From IMG/VR virus record IMGVR_UViG_3300049009_000679, positions 1-30,852 of that record: a stretch of 30,852 nt of DNA, one strand, 5' to 3'. The stretch is from a virus. Taxonomy: Duplodnaviria > Caudoviricetes. A program made the position numbers and the translations under genes. Position 1 is the stretch's first letter; each line of letters begins with the position of its first letter. This document shows positions 15,479 through 22,589 of the stretch, piece after piece. Below the pieces are notes generated by a model that ran no database searches, was not told where the DNA came from, and saw nothing but the letters and a program-made list of their open reading frames with translations.

Positions 15479-15994
15479 TCAGCCCCTCCCGCCGTACTTC
15501 ATCCAGCGGTCAGCCACCGGGCCCGCGCTGTTGAGCAGGCTCGCCGTGGCCGACAGGGCCGGGCTGTAGCCGGATGCCTCGGCCCGGTAGTTGGCGCCCT
15601 GGCTGCGGAAGCCCTGGGCGTCCTTGAGCGCGTTCGTGCGCTGCGTGGCGACGTCGGCGGCGGCGAAGAAGTCGGTCTGGTCCTGCAGCTGCGCGGCCGT
15701 GCCGGTGCCAAGGTCCAGGCCCTTGGCGGCCATGTTCGAACGCTGCGCGCCCTTCAGCATCGCGGCGCGGCGCTGGGTCTCCTGCACGTCCTTCTCGCCA
15801 CGGCGCAGTGAGTCCTGCGCCGAGATCTCGGCCATCGCGGCGTTGTTGCTCGCCACGGCCTTGGCCACGCTGTTCTGCTGGTAGGCGCTGTAGGCTGTCA
15901 GGCCAGCGCCGGCCGTGGCGCCGACGGCCGCGATCGTGCCCGCGTTCGCCGCGGCCCAGGTGCCGATTGCCGTGAGGGTAGCTGGCTCGCAGAT
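15479..15994 (-). CDS. Internal virion protein (T7 gp14-like slot), apparently starting at a non-canonical ATC
   Basis: (M)CEPATLTAIG... hydrophobic Gly/Ala N-terminus then AQRSNMAAKGLDLGTGTA; GAGG SD 8 nt before ATC 15994. The upstream ATG 16045 gives an implausible extension overlapping the GNAT gene. Confidence 0.75.
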   Translation of the reverse strand: MCEPATLTAIGTWAAANAGTIAAVGATAGAGLTAYSAYQQNSVAKAVASNNAAMAEISAQDSLRRGEKDVQETQRRAAMLKGAQRSNMAAKGLDLGTGTAAQLQDQTDFFAAADVATQRTNALKDAQGFRSQGANYRAEASGYSPALSATASLLNSAGPVADRWMKYGGRG

Positions 15995-15995
15995 T

Positions 15996-16457
15996 TTAGG
16001 TGCCTCGCATCTCGAATGGGTGGAACAACGCGCCGTGCGGGCCATACGGCACCGCCGCGCCCAGCGTGAACCCGTGGTGGCGCAGGAAGCGCACCGCGGG
16101 GGCGTTCTCGGCGTGGACGCAGTTCACCAGGTGCGGGTAGGCCTGTAGCATCTGCCGAATGTAGCGCGGCGCGTGCCGAGCAAACGCACGGCGGTTCGCA
16201 GTGAGCACGGGCGTGCCCAGCAGCCAGACCGCGGCGACCGGGTTGAGCAGGCTGCCCAGCGGCCGGGCACCGAAGATGGCTGCCACCTTGCCGTCGACCA
16301 GGCCGGTCCAGCAGAGGTCGCTGTTCTGCACGCCGTCGGCGATGCACTCGCGCAGATCGACCACGCCGGCGGCCTGGCACTCGACCACGTCAGCCGGCCG
16401 CATGTTGGCGGTCAGCTCGTCGATATCTGCAGAAAGTGGTTGACGAAATTCAAGCAT
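15996..16457 (-). CDS. GNAT-fold acetyltransferase-like virion-module protein (T7 gp13-like)
   Basis: NMRPADVVEC...AIFG...VWLLGT...LVNCVHAENAPAVRFLRHHGF signature; conserved slot after the nozzle gene. Confidence 0.85.
   Translation of the reverse strand: MLEFRQPLSADIDELTANMRPADVVECQAAGVVDLRECIADGVQNSDLCWTGLVDGKVAAIFGARPLGSLLNPVAAVWLLGTPVLTANRRAFARHAPRYIRQMLQAYPHLVNCVHAENAPAVRFLRHHGFTLGAAVPYGPHGALFHPFEMRGT
16158..16190 (-). promoter_or_regulatory. Putative late promoter copy D (CGTGCGTTTG-N17-TACATT), inside the GNAT CDS
   Basis: Same 10-mer and 17-nt spacer as the three intergenic copies; points toward the internal virion genes. Confidence 0.65.
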
Positions 16458-16467
16458 GTGCTACATT
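16440..16467 (+). promoter_or_regulatory. Sigma70-like promoter for the tRNA cassette (TTGACG-N16-TACATT, with extended -10 TGn)
   Basis: TTGACG 16440-16445, TGTGC then TACATT 16462-16467; AT-rich island in a GC-rich genome. Confidence 0.65.
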
Positions 16468-16473
16468 TATGTC

Positions 16474-16548
16474 TGACGGGGGTTGATAACCAGAACCTCT
16501 TGGAACAGACAATGCGTTTGTATCTGGCCAGTACGGCAACCCTCGTCA
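16474..16548 (+). ncRNA. Structured RNA candidate / tRNA leader hairpin
   Basis: TGACGGGGGTTG (16474-85) pairs with CAACCCTCGTCA (16537-48; one G-U); inner helices CCAGA/TCTGG and ACAGAC/GTTTGT. Confidence 0.45.
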
Positions 16549-16551
16549 ACT

Positions 16552-16627
16552 GTCTCATTCGTCTAGTGGTCTAGGACACCGCCCTTTCACGGCGGGTACA
16601 GGGGTTCAAATCCCCTATGAGGCACCA
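16552..16627 (+). tRNA. tRNA-Glu (anticodon TTC), 76 nt, encoded CCA
   Basis: Acceptor GTCTCAT/ATGAGGC, anticodon arm CCGCC-CTTTCAC-GGCGG, T arm AGGGG-TTCAAAT-CCCCT, 3' ACCA; closely resembles proteobacterial tRNA-Glu. Confidence 0.97.
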
Positions 16628-16632
16628 TTTTC

Positions 16633-18858
16633 TCAACCCCCGGTCGTGACATCGAGCGTCATCGACAGCACGGTGAGCGGCAGCGGCTGGTCCTGCTCGA
16701 CGCAAACCGCACCGTCCTGGCCCCAGGTCGGGGTGATCTTGAACGACAGCTCGCCGGTGCGCAGCGCGGGCGGCTGCCCATAGTCGTCCGACACGGCGCG
16801 GGCCGGAAAGCTGGTCAGCTTGTCGAACGTCGGCCCGGCTTTGACCAAGCTCGACTGGGCCACGCGGATGTGCACCTCGTTCACGTTCTTGCGGGTGCCC
16901 TGCCCCGCGGCCGCGGCCTCCATCGACAGCGGCAGCGTGCGCAGGCGGCTGCGGTACGGCAGGCCGATGTGCACCACGCTGTAGCTGGCGTCCAGCGTGA
17001 CCGCGCCGTTGGTGACGACGCGTGTCGGGTGCACCGCGGCGTCGGCCAGGATGCTGACGGTCTCGCCCTCCAGGTGCCACAGGCCCGTGATGCTGCTGGT
17101 GGGCACGCCGTCGTAGGTCATGCCGCTGTCGACGTAGAACGCGTCCTCGGCGTCGACCCAGAGCCGGCTGCGGCGCCGCTCGATGAGTTGCATCGTGCGC
17201 CCGTTGATCGTGCGCTCGATCACTGCGTAGAGCACGTCCTCGCTGCCCTCGGCCACGGTGCACACCGACTTGAACAGACCGTCGGTGGTGTGCTGGTGCC
17301 AGCCGTACACCTGCTGGTCTGGGACGTAGCTCAGGCCCAGCAGCACGCCGTCGCTGCGCACCGCCCAGAGGGTCTGGTCAGGCGCCCGGCTGTAGGCCAT
17401 GTCGATGATGGTGTAGCCGTCGAAGAGGTGCGGCGCCAGGATCGACACGTCGACCGACTTGAAGCTTGCCGTGGCCGACTGGCCGTCTGAGGCGAACTCA
17501 CGCACGCGCGAACCCTGGGCCTGGACGTAGAGGATCGACCCACTGGTGAGCACCGGCTGCACGTCGCTGGCGCCGCTGAAGCCCTGGGGCTTGATCGACA
17601 GGCTGGTCGGCGTGATGCTGGGCGCGTTGTCGCTGAACACGCGGAACTCCCCGCCGGCCGTCAGCGCGATCATGTCGGTCAGCGGCAGCAGGTGCCGGAT
17701 GGCGTTCTGCTGCTGGGCCGCGATGCGGAACTCCAGGCCGTCGTCGTCCTGGCTGGGCAGGCTCGAGGTCAGGTTGCTCTGGGTGCCGTTGCGTGTGGCC
17801 CAGATGGTCTGGGGCTCGTCGGCCGTGCCCGCGAACCAGCGGCGCTGCTCGTAGTAGGTGACCGCCGCCGGGTAGTCGCCTGCGCCGGTGTTGAGCTCGA
17901 AGATGTCCTCGGGCGGCGACTTGGTCAGGTCGGCCAGCACGTTGTCATCAACGATGCTCAGGCTGACGGTCTGGCCGATGTAGCCGAAGCTGCCGCCGCG
18001 CTGCTTGTAGACGTTGTAGCGCGTGGCGCCCGCCACGGCCGACCAGCTCAGGGTGTTGTAGTTGCCCGCGATCGACAGGTTGTTGCTGGCCGTGGCGATG
18101 CTGCTGGCCAGCGACTCGGTAACCTGGTCGGCGGCGATGGCCGTGACGACGTACTTCTGCGGCGACAGGTTGGTGGCCGTCGGCACGGTGGCCACAACAC
18201 CAACACCGGTAGGCACCGCCGCGCTGGGCGCGAAGTCGATGTCGGTGATCGTCCAGCTGGTGGCCCCGCCCCGGGCGAGGTCGCGCGCGGGGTAGAGGGT
18301 GGACGCCACGGTCAGGACGTCACTGTCCTGGGCGTAGTGCAGCTTGAACAGGTTGGCCGTGGCGTAGCCGGTAGCAATCTCGTAGACCTGGGCCGCGGTG
18401 GTGCCCGTCGGCGCGCCGTTCGTGCCGTCCAGGTTGTCGATGGTGAAGGTGTCCGCGCTCGGCGTGGTGGCTACCTTGTAGAAGCGGCCGCCGATGAAGA
18501 CCCACTTGCCGACGGTGTAGCCGTGGCCGGTGACGGTGACCAGGTCGGCGGCGATGCTGACGATCGCCTTGTCGGCCTCGAGCAGCGTGTCGCCGGCGAT
18601 GTGGAAGCGCAGGTAAGTGTTGCCGAACTCGAGCACCACGGTCTGGTCAGCGCTGAACGCGAACGGGATCAGCCGGGCCCCGGCGGTCTTGACCTCGACG
18701 ACGTGCTCATACCCTGGGCGGCGCGTGGCCGGGCCGTGGGGGCGCACCTCGAAGTTCTGGCACAGGGCGAGACCTGTCTGGTTCTTGGTGAGATCGACCC
18801 GGCCATACAGCTCTGGGGTGATCTCGCCCCCAGCGAACGAGCGCAGCAGGATCTTCAT
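16633..18858 (-). CDS. Tail tubular protein B / nozzle (T7 gp12-, P22 gp10-like)
   Basis: SFAGGEITPELYGRVDL...GPATRRPG...RLIPFAFS; YPAAVTYYEQRRWFAG; QQVYGWHQH; QDQPLPLTVL. Confidence 0.92.
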   Translation of the reverse strand: MKILLRSFAGGEITPELYGRVDLTKNQTGLALCQNFEVRPHGPATRRPGYEHVVEVKTAGARLIPFAFSADQTVVLEFGNTYLRFHIAGDTLLEADKAIVSIAADLVTVTGHGYTVGKWVFIGGRFYKVATTPSADTFTIDNLDGTNGAPTGTTAAQVYEIATGYATANLFKLHYAQDSDVLTVASTLYPARDLARGGATSWTITDIDFAPSAAVPTGVGVVATVPTATNLSPQKYVVTAIAADQVTESLASSIATASNNLSIAGNYNTLSWSAVAGATRYNVYKQRGGSFGYIGQTVSLSIVDDNVLADLTKSPPEDIFELNTGAGDYPAAVTYYEQRRWFAGTADEPQTIWATRNGTQSNLTSSLPSQDDDGLEFRIAAQQQNAIRHLLPLTDMIALTAGGEFRVFSDNAPSITPTSLSIKPQGFSGASDVQPVLTSGSILYVQAQGSRVREFASDGQSATASFKSVDVSILAPHLFDGYTIIDMAYSRAPDQTLWAVRSDGVLLGLSYVPDQQVYGWHQHTTDGLFKSVCTVAEGSEDVLYAVIERTINGRTMQLIERRRSRLWVDAEDAFYVDSGMTYDGVPTSSITGLWHLEGETVSILADAAVHPTRVVTNGAVTLDASYSVVHIGLPYRSRLRTLPLSMEAAAAGQGTRKNVNEVHIRVAQSSLVKAGPTFDKLTSFPARAVSDDYGQPPALRTGELSFKITPTWGQDGAVCVEQDQPLPLTVLSMTLDVTTGG

Positions 18859-19505
18859 TGGCGGGCCCTGATCGACGAAGGCATCGGTTCATGCCGCTCG
18901 GTGCTGCTGTTGGCGTCGAGGACCCCGGCCTGGGCCATGAGCTCTGTGGCCTGGTTGCGCAGCGCCTGCGCCAGGCGGACCCCGTCCATGCCCTTGACGA
19001 TGGGGCCAGCCAGGAACGAGCCCAGCAGCGTGCCCAGCGCCAGCACAGTGGTGGGCGTGAACTTGGTGGTGTCGGTGACGTCGCGCCGGTAGATCAGCAC
19101 GGCCTCGGGCTCGTGGGTGTAGAGCACCTGGCCCTCGATCTGGTACTCGGCCCCGCCCTGCTCGTTCGGCTCGAAGCTCGTGAGCACCTTGTCGATCTCG
19201 TAGATCGAGGCGTTGGTGTAAGGGAAGTCCAGTGCGCGCAGGACGCGCAGCGGCTTGATGCAGTCGGCCGGCAGGACGTAGGCGTAGCTCCACACCTCGC
19301 TGGCGTTGTCTACCTCGGCCAGCTCCGCGCGCTTCAGCGCGAACACGCATGGCCCGGTCTCGATCATCAGCTTGCGCGCGAGCGGGTAGAACCTGGCGCA
19401 ATGCCCCGCCTCGACGCTGCCGTCAGGGGGGCTGATCGAGGTCACGACCGCGTCGGCGCCGACGGCCGACAAGGCCACATTGCAAATATCGGCGACTGAG
19501 GCCAA
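18855..19505 (-). CDS. Tail tubular protein A / head-tail adaptor
   Basis: SVADICNVALSAVG...EAGHCARFY...WSYAYVLPADC; AGGAG SD with TTG start. Confidence 0.88.
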   Translation of the reverse strand: MASVADICNVALSAVGADAVVTSISPPDGSVEAGHCARFYPLARKLMIETGPCVFALKRAELAEVDNASEVWSYAYVLPADCIKPLRVLRALDFPYTNASIYEIDKVLTSFEPNEQGGAEYQIEGQVLYTHEPEAVLIYRRDVTDTTKFTPTTVLALGTLLGSFLAGPIVKGMDGVRLAQALRNQATELMAQAGVLDANSSTERHEPMPSSIRARQ

Positions 19506-19520
19506 GGCGATGCTCCTGTG

Positions 19521-19545
19521 AAAAGGGCCGCTCGTGGCGGCCCTT
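19521..19545 (-). terminator. Intrinsic terminator after the capsid/cement genes
   Basis: Minus strand AAGGGCCGC-CACGA-GCGGCCCTT-TT hairpin with a short U tract. Confidence 0.75.
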
Positions 19546-19564
19546 CGGGTTCAGCGGGCCTGGG

Positions 19565-19792
19565 TCAGGCCAGGTTGTTCAAGTCGGCGGCCTTCTTCTT
19601 GACCGCCTCCTGCGCCGCCTTCGGTTTCGTGTCGCCCATCTTTGGCTCGACAGGAATGTCGGACGGCTTGAACTTGTCGCGGCTCACCGCCCACTTGGGG
19701 ATCTTCGCCCCCTCGCGGAAGGTGATCTCCTCGCCCTTTCGGACGAAGAGACCGCGATGGTCGAACGTGTCACGGGTGGTGATGTACGCCAT
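19565..19792 (-). CDS. Small hypothetical protein of the head module (75 aa)
   Basis: GC3-rich ORF between the cement gene and the terminator. Confidence 0.75.
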   Translation of the reverse strand: MAYITTRDTFDHRGLFVRKGEEITFREGAKIPKWAVSRDKFKPSDIPVEPKMGDTKPKAAQEAVKKKAADLNNLA

Positions 19793-19805
19793 CGCTCAGG
19801 CCCGG

Positions 19806-20261
19806 TCAGTTCGCTGCGTCAGCGTAGTGGCGCCAGTTGCTCGGGTCAGGCGTCAGGAACGCGTTGATCTTGCCTGCGGTGAAGGCCGCCACAGCGGTCG
19901 TCTGCAGGATGCCGAGGTAGCGCTCGTACAGGCGGCCGCGCGGCAGCTCGATGATCGCGATGACGTAGCCGGCCACCAGCGTCGCGACCGGGATGGCCGA
20001 GGTGCTGAAGTGGTAGGTCGCGCTGCCGTCGGTGGCCACGCTGGCGGTGCTGTCGCTGGCCAGGTGGAAGGCCGCCGTGGCACTGCCGCCCGAGGTCGCG
20101 GTCGTGTCCACCTGGAGGACCAGGTAGAGGCTGTCCGCCGACTCGCCCAAGTCGCGGGCGACCGAGCCCGAATCGATCTGGTCGCCCAGCAGGTAGGAAC
20201 CGGCGGCTCCGGTGTTCAGCGACGTGGCATCGCAGAACTCAGTTCTTTCGTCTAAAATCAT
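19806..20261 (-). CDS. Capsid cement/decoration protein (Bbp16-like)
   Basis: MILDERTEF...DLG...LYLVLQV...ERYLG...TAGKINAFLT pattern; directly follows the MCP; AAGGAG SD. Confidence 0.85.
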   Translation of the reverse strand: MILDERTEFCDATSLNTGAAGSYLLGDQIDSGSVARDLGESADSLYLVLQVDTTATSGGSATAAFHLASDSTASVATDGSATYHFSTSAIPVATLVAGYVIAIIELPRGRLYERYLGILQTTAVAAFTAGKINAFLTPDPSNWRHYADAAN

Positions 20262-20298
20262 TTCTGATCTCCTTGCGTGTTCGTTGCTGGGCCGCGGC

Positions 20299-21297
20299 TT
20301 AGATGCCGGCCTCGGTGTACAGGATCTGGTCGACCCGGCGGAACGGCACGCCGTCGAAGGTCATGACGTGCTTGCCGGCCATGTTCTCCATCGACAGGGT
20401 CGACTGCTTGGTCTTGTTGGTGATCTGCCGACGCAGCCACGACTTGGTGCCGCGGTTGCCGTAGAACGCCAGACGGACGCCGTTCTTGTTGGGGATCAGC
20501 TCCATGGCCTGAGCCATCAGGTCGGTGAGGTCGGGGCCGGTGGCCGCGTCCTTGACCAGGTTCTCGTAGTCGAAGTTGATCCGCACCACATAGCGCCAGT
20601 CGCGCACGCACAGGCCGCAGTCCCAGCGGTAGTGGGTCCGGTAGGCTTCCATGCGGCCGCCGTTGGAGTCCACGTTCTCGATGGTGACCTGGCCCTTGTC
20701 GGCGATCTGGATGCCGGCGGAACTGCCCTTCGGGTAGATGCCGTGCACGGTGTTAGGGCCCCAACCCACCAGCCAGATGGAGGTGTTGTCGGTGCCGTCA
20801 GGCGTGGCGGAATCGGTCAGGATGTTCTCGCCGTTGGCGGCCGACTGGTCGTTGAAACGCGGGGCCAGGCCGGTGAAGCCTTCGGGCTCGCTCGCCTCGT
20901 TGCCGTAGATCACGTAGCGGGCGACCTTCTGCGCGAAGCCCTCGATGTGCGGCAGCTCTTCGGACATGCGCCAGGCGGCGCTGTTGCCATTCAGGTCGGC
21001 CAGGGCCTTGTCGACCTCGGCGTAGGCTTCCAGCATGCCGGTGCCCTCGCGGATCTTCGCGCTGGTGCTCTTGGTCGGCTGGACGCCACCATACAGCTTG
21101 CGGAAGGTCGGCTCAGGGATGCCGGTGCGGATCGAGGTCTGGTGACCCGTCAGCTCGTTGCCCTCGATCCAGACCATGTCGTCCAGGATCTCGTTCTGCT
21201 GGTTCAAGATCTCGATTACGCGGGCGACCTTGTCGTCCGGGTCCAGGCGCGCCTTGAAGTCCAGGAGCGTCGGGTGGGTGGTGCTCAGAGCAGCCAT
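20299..21297 (-). CDS. Major capsid protein (BPP-1/epsilon15-type)
   Basis: PTLLD...IEILNQQNEILDDM.W.EGN...RTGIP...EGFTGLAPRF...TSIWLVGWG...GIYPKG...DWRYVVRI...FDGVPFRRVDQI. Confidence 0.95.
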   Translation of the reverse strand: MAALSTTHPTLLDFKARLDPDDKVARVIEILNQQNEILDDMVWIEGNELTGHQTSIRTGIPEPTFRKLYGGVQPTKSTSAKIREGTGMLEAYAEVDKALADLNGNSAAWRMSEELPHIEGFAQKVARYVIYGNEASEPEGFTGLAPRFNDQSAANGENILTDSATPDGTDNTSIWLVGWGPNTVHGIYPKGSSAGIQIADKGQVTIENVDSNGGRMEAYRTHYRWDCGLCVRDWRYVVRINFDYENLVKDAATGPDLTDLMAQAMELIPNKNGVRLAFYGNRGTKSWLRRQITNKTKQSTLSMENMAGKHVMTFDGVPFRRVDQILYTEAGI

Positions 21298-21317
21298 GTT
21301 TCTGTCCTTTCAGCGGC

Positions 21318-21902
21318 TCAGGGAGCCATGTTGCTGTTGTCGTAGAACGATTTCGCGGGCGCCACCGGCGGCTTGCCGGTCACGACCGTGTCTTCCTTGA
21401 GGGTCGAGCCGACCTTGTGGAGGAACTTGATCACCTCCGGGTGGCTGCCCATCTTGCTGCTGTCGAGCAGGGCCAGCAGCGCGGGGCTGCCGTACTTGTC
21501 GATCGCGGTCTTGGCGACGGTGATGGTCTCGGCGAGCTTGTCGCCGCCCAGGGCCGGGTCCTTCTTGACCTCGGTCTCCCAACCTTTGACCATGTCGGTG
21601 AACGCGTTGGCTTGGGCCTGCACGCGCTCGGCGTACAGGTCGACGAGCTTCTGGGCTGCCTCGGGAGGCAGCTTGTGCTCGCGCGCCAGGGCTGTGAGGC
21701 CCTCAGCGCCCTTCTCGTCCAGGTCAACCCCCTCGGGCAGCTCGAACGCGTACTCGACCGGGGTCTCCGGTGCAGCAGGCGCCGCGGCCGGCGCCGCGGT
21801 GGTCGCGGTTGCCGGTGCTGCAGTCGTGGTGGTAGCCGTGACATCGGCGGGGGCTGGCGTGTTGGGGGCGCCCTCCGCGGTTGTCGTGGTCTCGGTGGTC
21901 AC
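21318..21902 (-). CDS. Capsid assembly scaffold (Bbp18-like)
   Basis: Thr/Ala/Pro-rich N-terminus, YAFELPEG, W...VKKDP.LGG, G.HPEVIKFLHKVG..LKED; immediately before the MCP. Confidence 0.85.
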   Translation of the reverse strand: MTTETTTTAEGAPNTPAPADVTATTTTAAPATATTAAPAAAPAAPETPVEYAFELPEGVDLDEKGAEGLTALAREHKLPPEAAQKLVDLYAERVQAQANAFTDMVKGWETEVKKDPALGGDKLAETITVAKTAIDKYGSPALLALLDSSKMGSHPEVIKFLHKVGSTLKEDTVVTGKPPVAPAKSFYDNSNMAP

Positions 21903-22213
21903 TGTCGTTGCTCCTTCAGCATCAAGAGAAATTCTTCGGGGCAGTGCTCGGTGATCTCTGCCACAAACAGCAGGCCCACGTTGCGCTCCCCCTCGCGGAA
22001 GAAGGTCTCGGAGTTACCCGTGAAGCTCGACCGGTAGATGCCTGCTTTGTCCATCAGACGCTGCATGACTCGCCGACCGCGCTGGTCCTTCATCAACCAC
22101 TTCAAGTCCGAGATCTGCCGGTTCCTCTCTTCGCTGGCCTCGAGGTTCTCTCGCTGCTCATCGTGCTCAAGGCCCGCCAGATCAGTCGGGTTTCGGTGGT
22201 GCTTGTTGCGCAT
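21899..22213 (-). CDS. Bbp19-like head-module protein
   Basis: DLKWLM.DQRGRR...RL...G.YRSSF....TFFREGERNVGL motif. Confidence 0.88.
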   Translation of the reverse strand: MRNKHHRNPTDLAGLEHDEQRENLEASEERNRQISDLKWLMKDQRGRRVMQRLMDKAGIYRSSFTGNSETFFREGERNVGLLFVAEITEHCPEEFLLMLKEQRQ

Positions 22214-22244
22214 TGTGTGTTAGGTCGGCTGTAGCAAACGCACG
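22212..22244 (-). promoter_or_regulatory. Putative late promoter copy B (CGTGCGTTTG-N17-CACAAT)
   Basis: Identical 10-mer and spacing; upstream of the scaffold/capsid genes. Confidence 0.7.
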
Positions 22245-22247
22245 GGG

Positions 22248-22589
22248 TTAGCGGGGGATCAACTTGCCGTCAGGGCCGGGCTTCATCCAGCGCAGGCGCG
22301 TTGGCTCGTAGCCTTCAAACACCTGCACAGCCTCGGGGATGTTTCGCCCGAATACAGAGGCAATGCTGTGTGCCAGTGGAAGCGCTCGCGTGGTGCTGTA
22401 CTGCGGTTCATCAACACGGGCTTGGCCTTCGCGGGCGATGTGCGGGCGAATGCCTGCAGCGCGCTCAAGCCGTGCCAGTTCCTCAACCCTTGCCGCATAG
22501 CGCGGGTCCGCGTCTGTGCCCATTGGGTCGCGGCCTGCCAGGTGTTTGTGGTCGGCCAGCCACTGGCGGAGTTGGTGCGGGGTGGTCAT
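22248..22589 (-). CDS. Hypothetical protein (113 aa)
   Basis: TGATG overlap with the upstream gene; fills the gap up to promoter B; no recognisable motif. Confidence 0.55.
   Translation of the reverse strand: MTTPHQLRQWLADHKHLAGRDPMGTDADPRYAARVEELARLERAAGIRPHIAREGQARVDEPQYSTTRALPLAHSIASVFGRNIPEAVQVFEGYEPTRLRWMKPGPDGKLIPR

Noticed and set aside
15995-16045. ORF-track N-terminus MARTARCSTHSRCEAPK for the 188-aa ORF
   Set aside because: It overlaps the GNAT gene by ~50 nt and lacks an SD; the family-like sequence begins at (I/M)CEP.
16474-16548. Hammerhead ribozyme, Y RNA or second tRNA in the tRNA leader
   Set aside because: No CUGANGA/GAAA core, T-loop consensus or cloverleaf could be found; kept only as an unassigned structure.
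16552-16627. tRNA as a prophage attachment site or genome boundary
   Set aside because: Phage virion genes continue on both sides, and no integrase or second partial tRNA copy is in the window.
20258-20320. Programmed frameshift or readthrough extension of the major capsid protein
   Set aside because: No slippery sequence is evident, and the cement gene has its own AAGGAG SD and ATG.
21770-21900. Thr/Ala/Pro low-complexity run as a DNA repeat or array
   Set aside because: It is the ordinary disordered N-terminus of the scaffold protein, with no regular nucleotide period. No CRISPR array was seen anywhere in the window.
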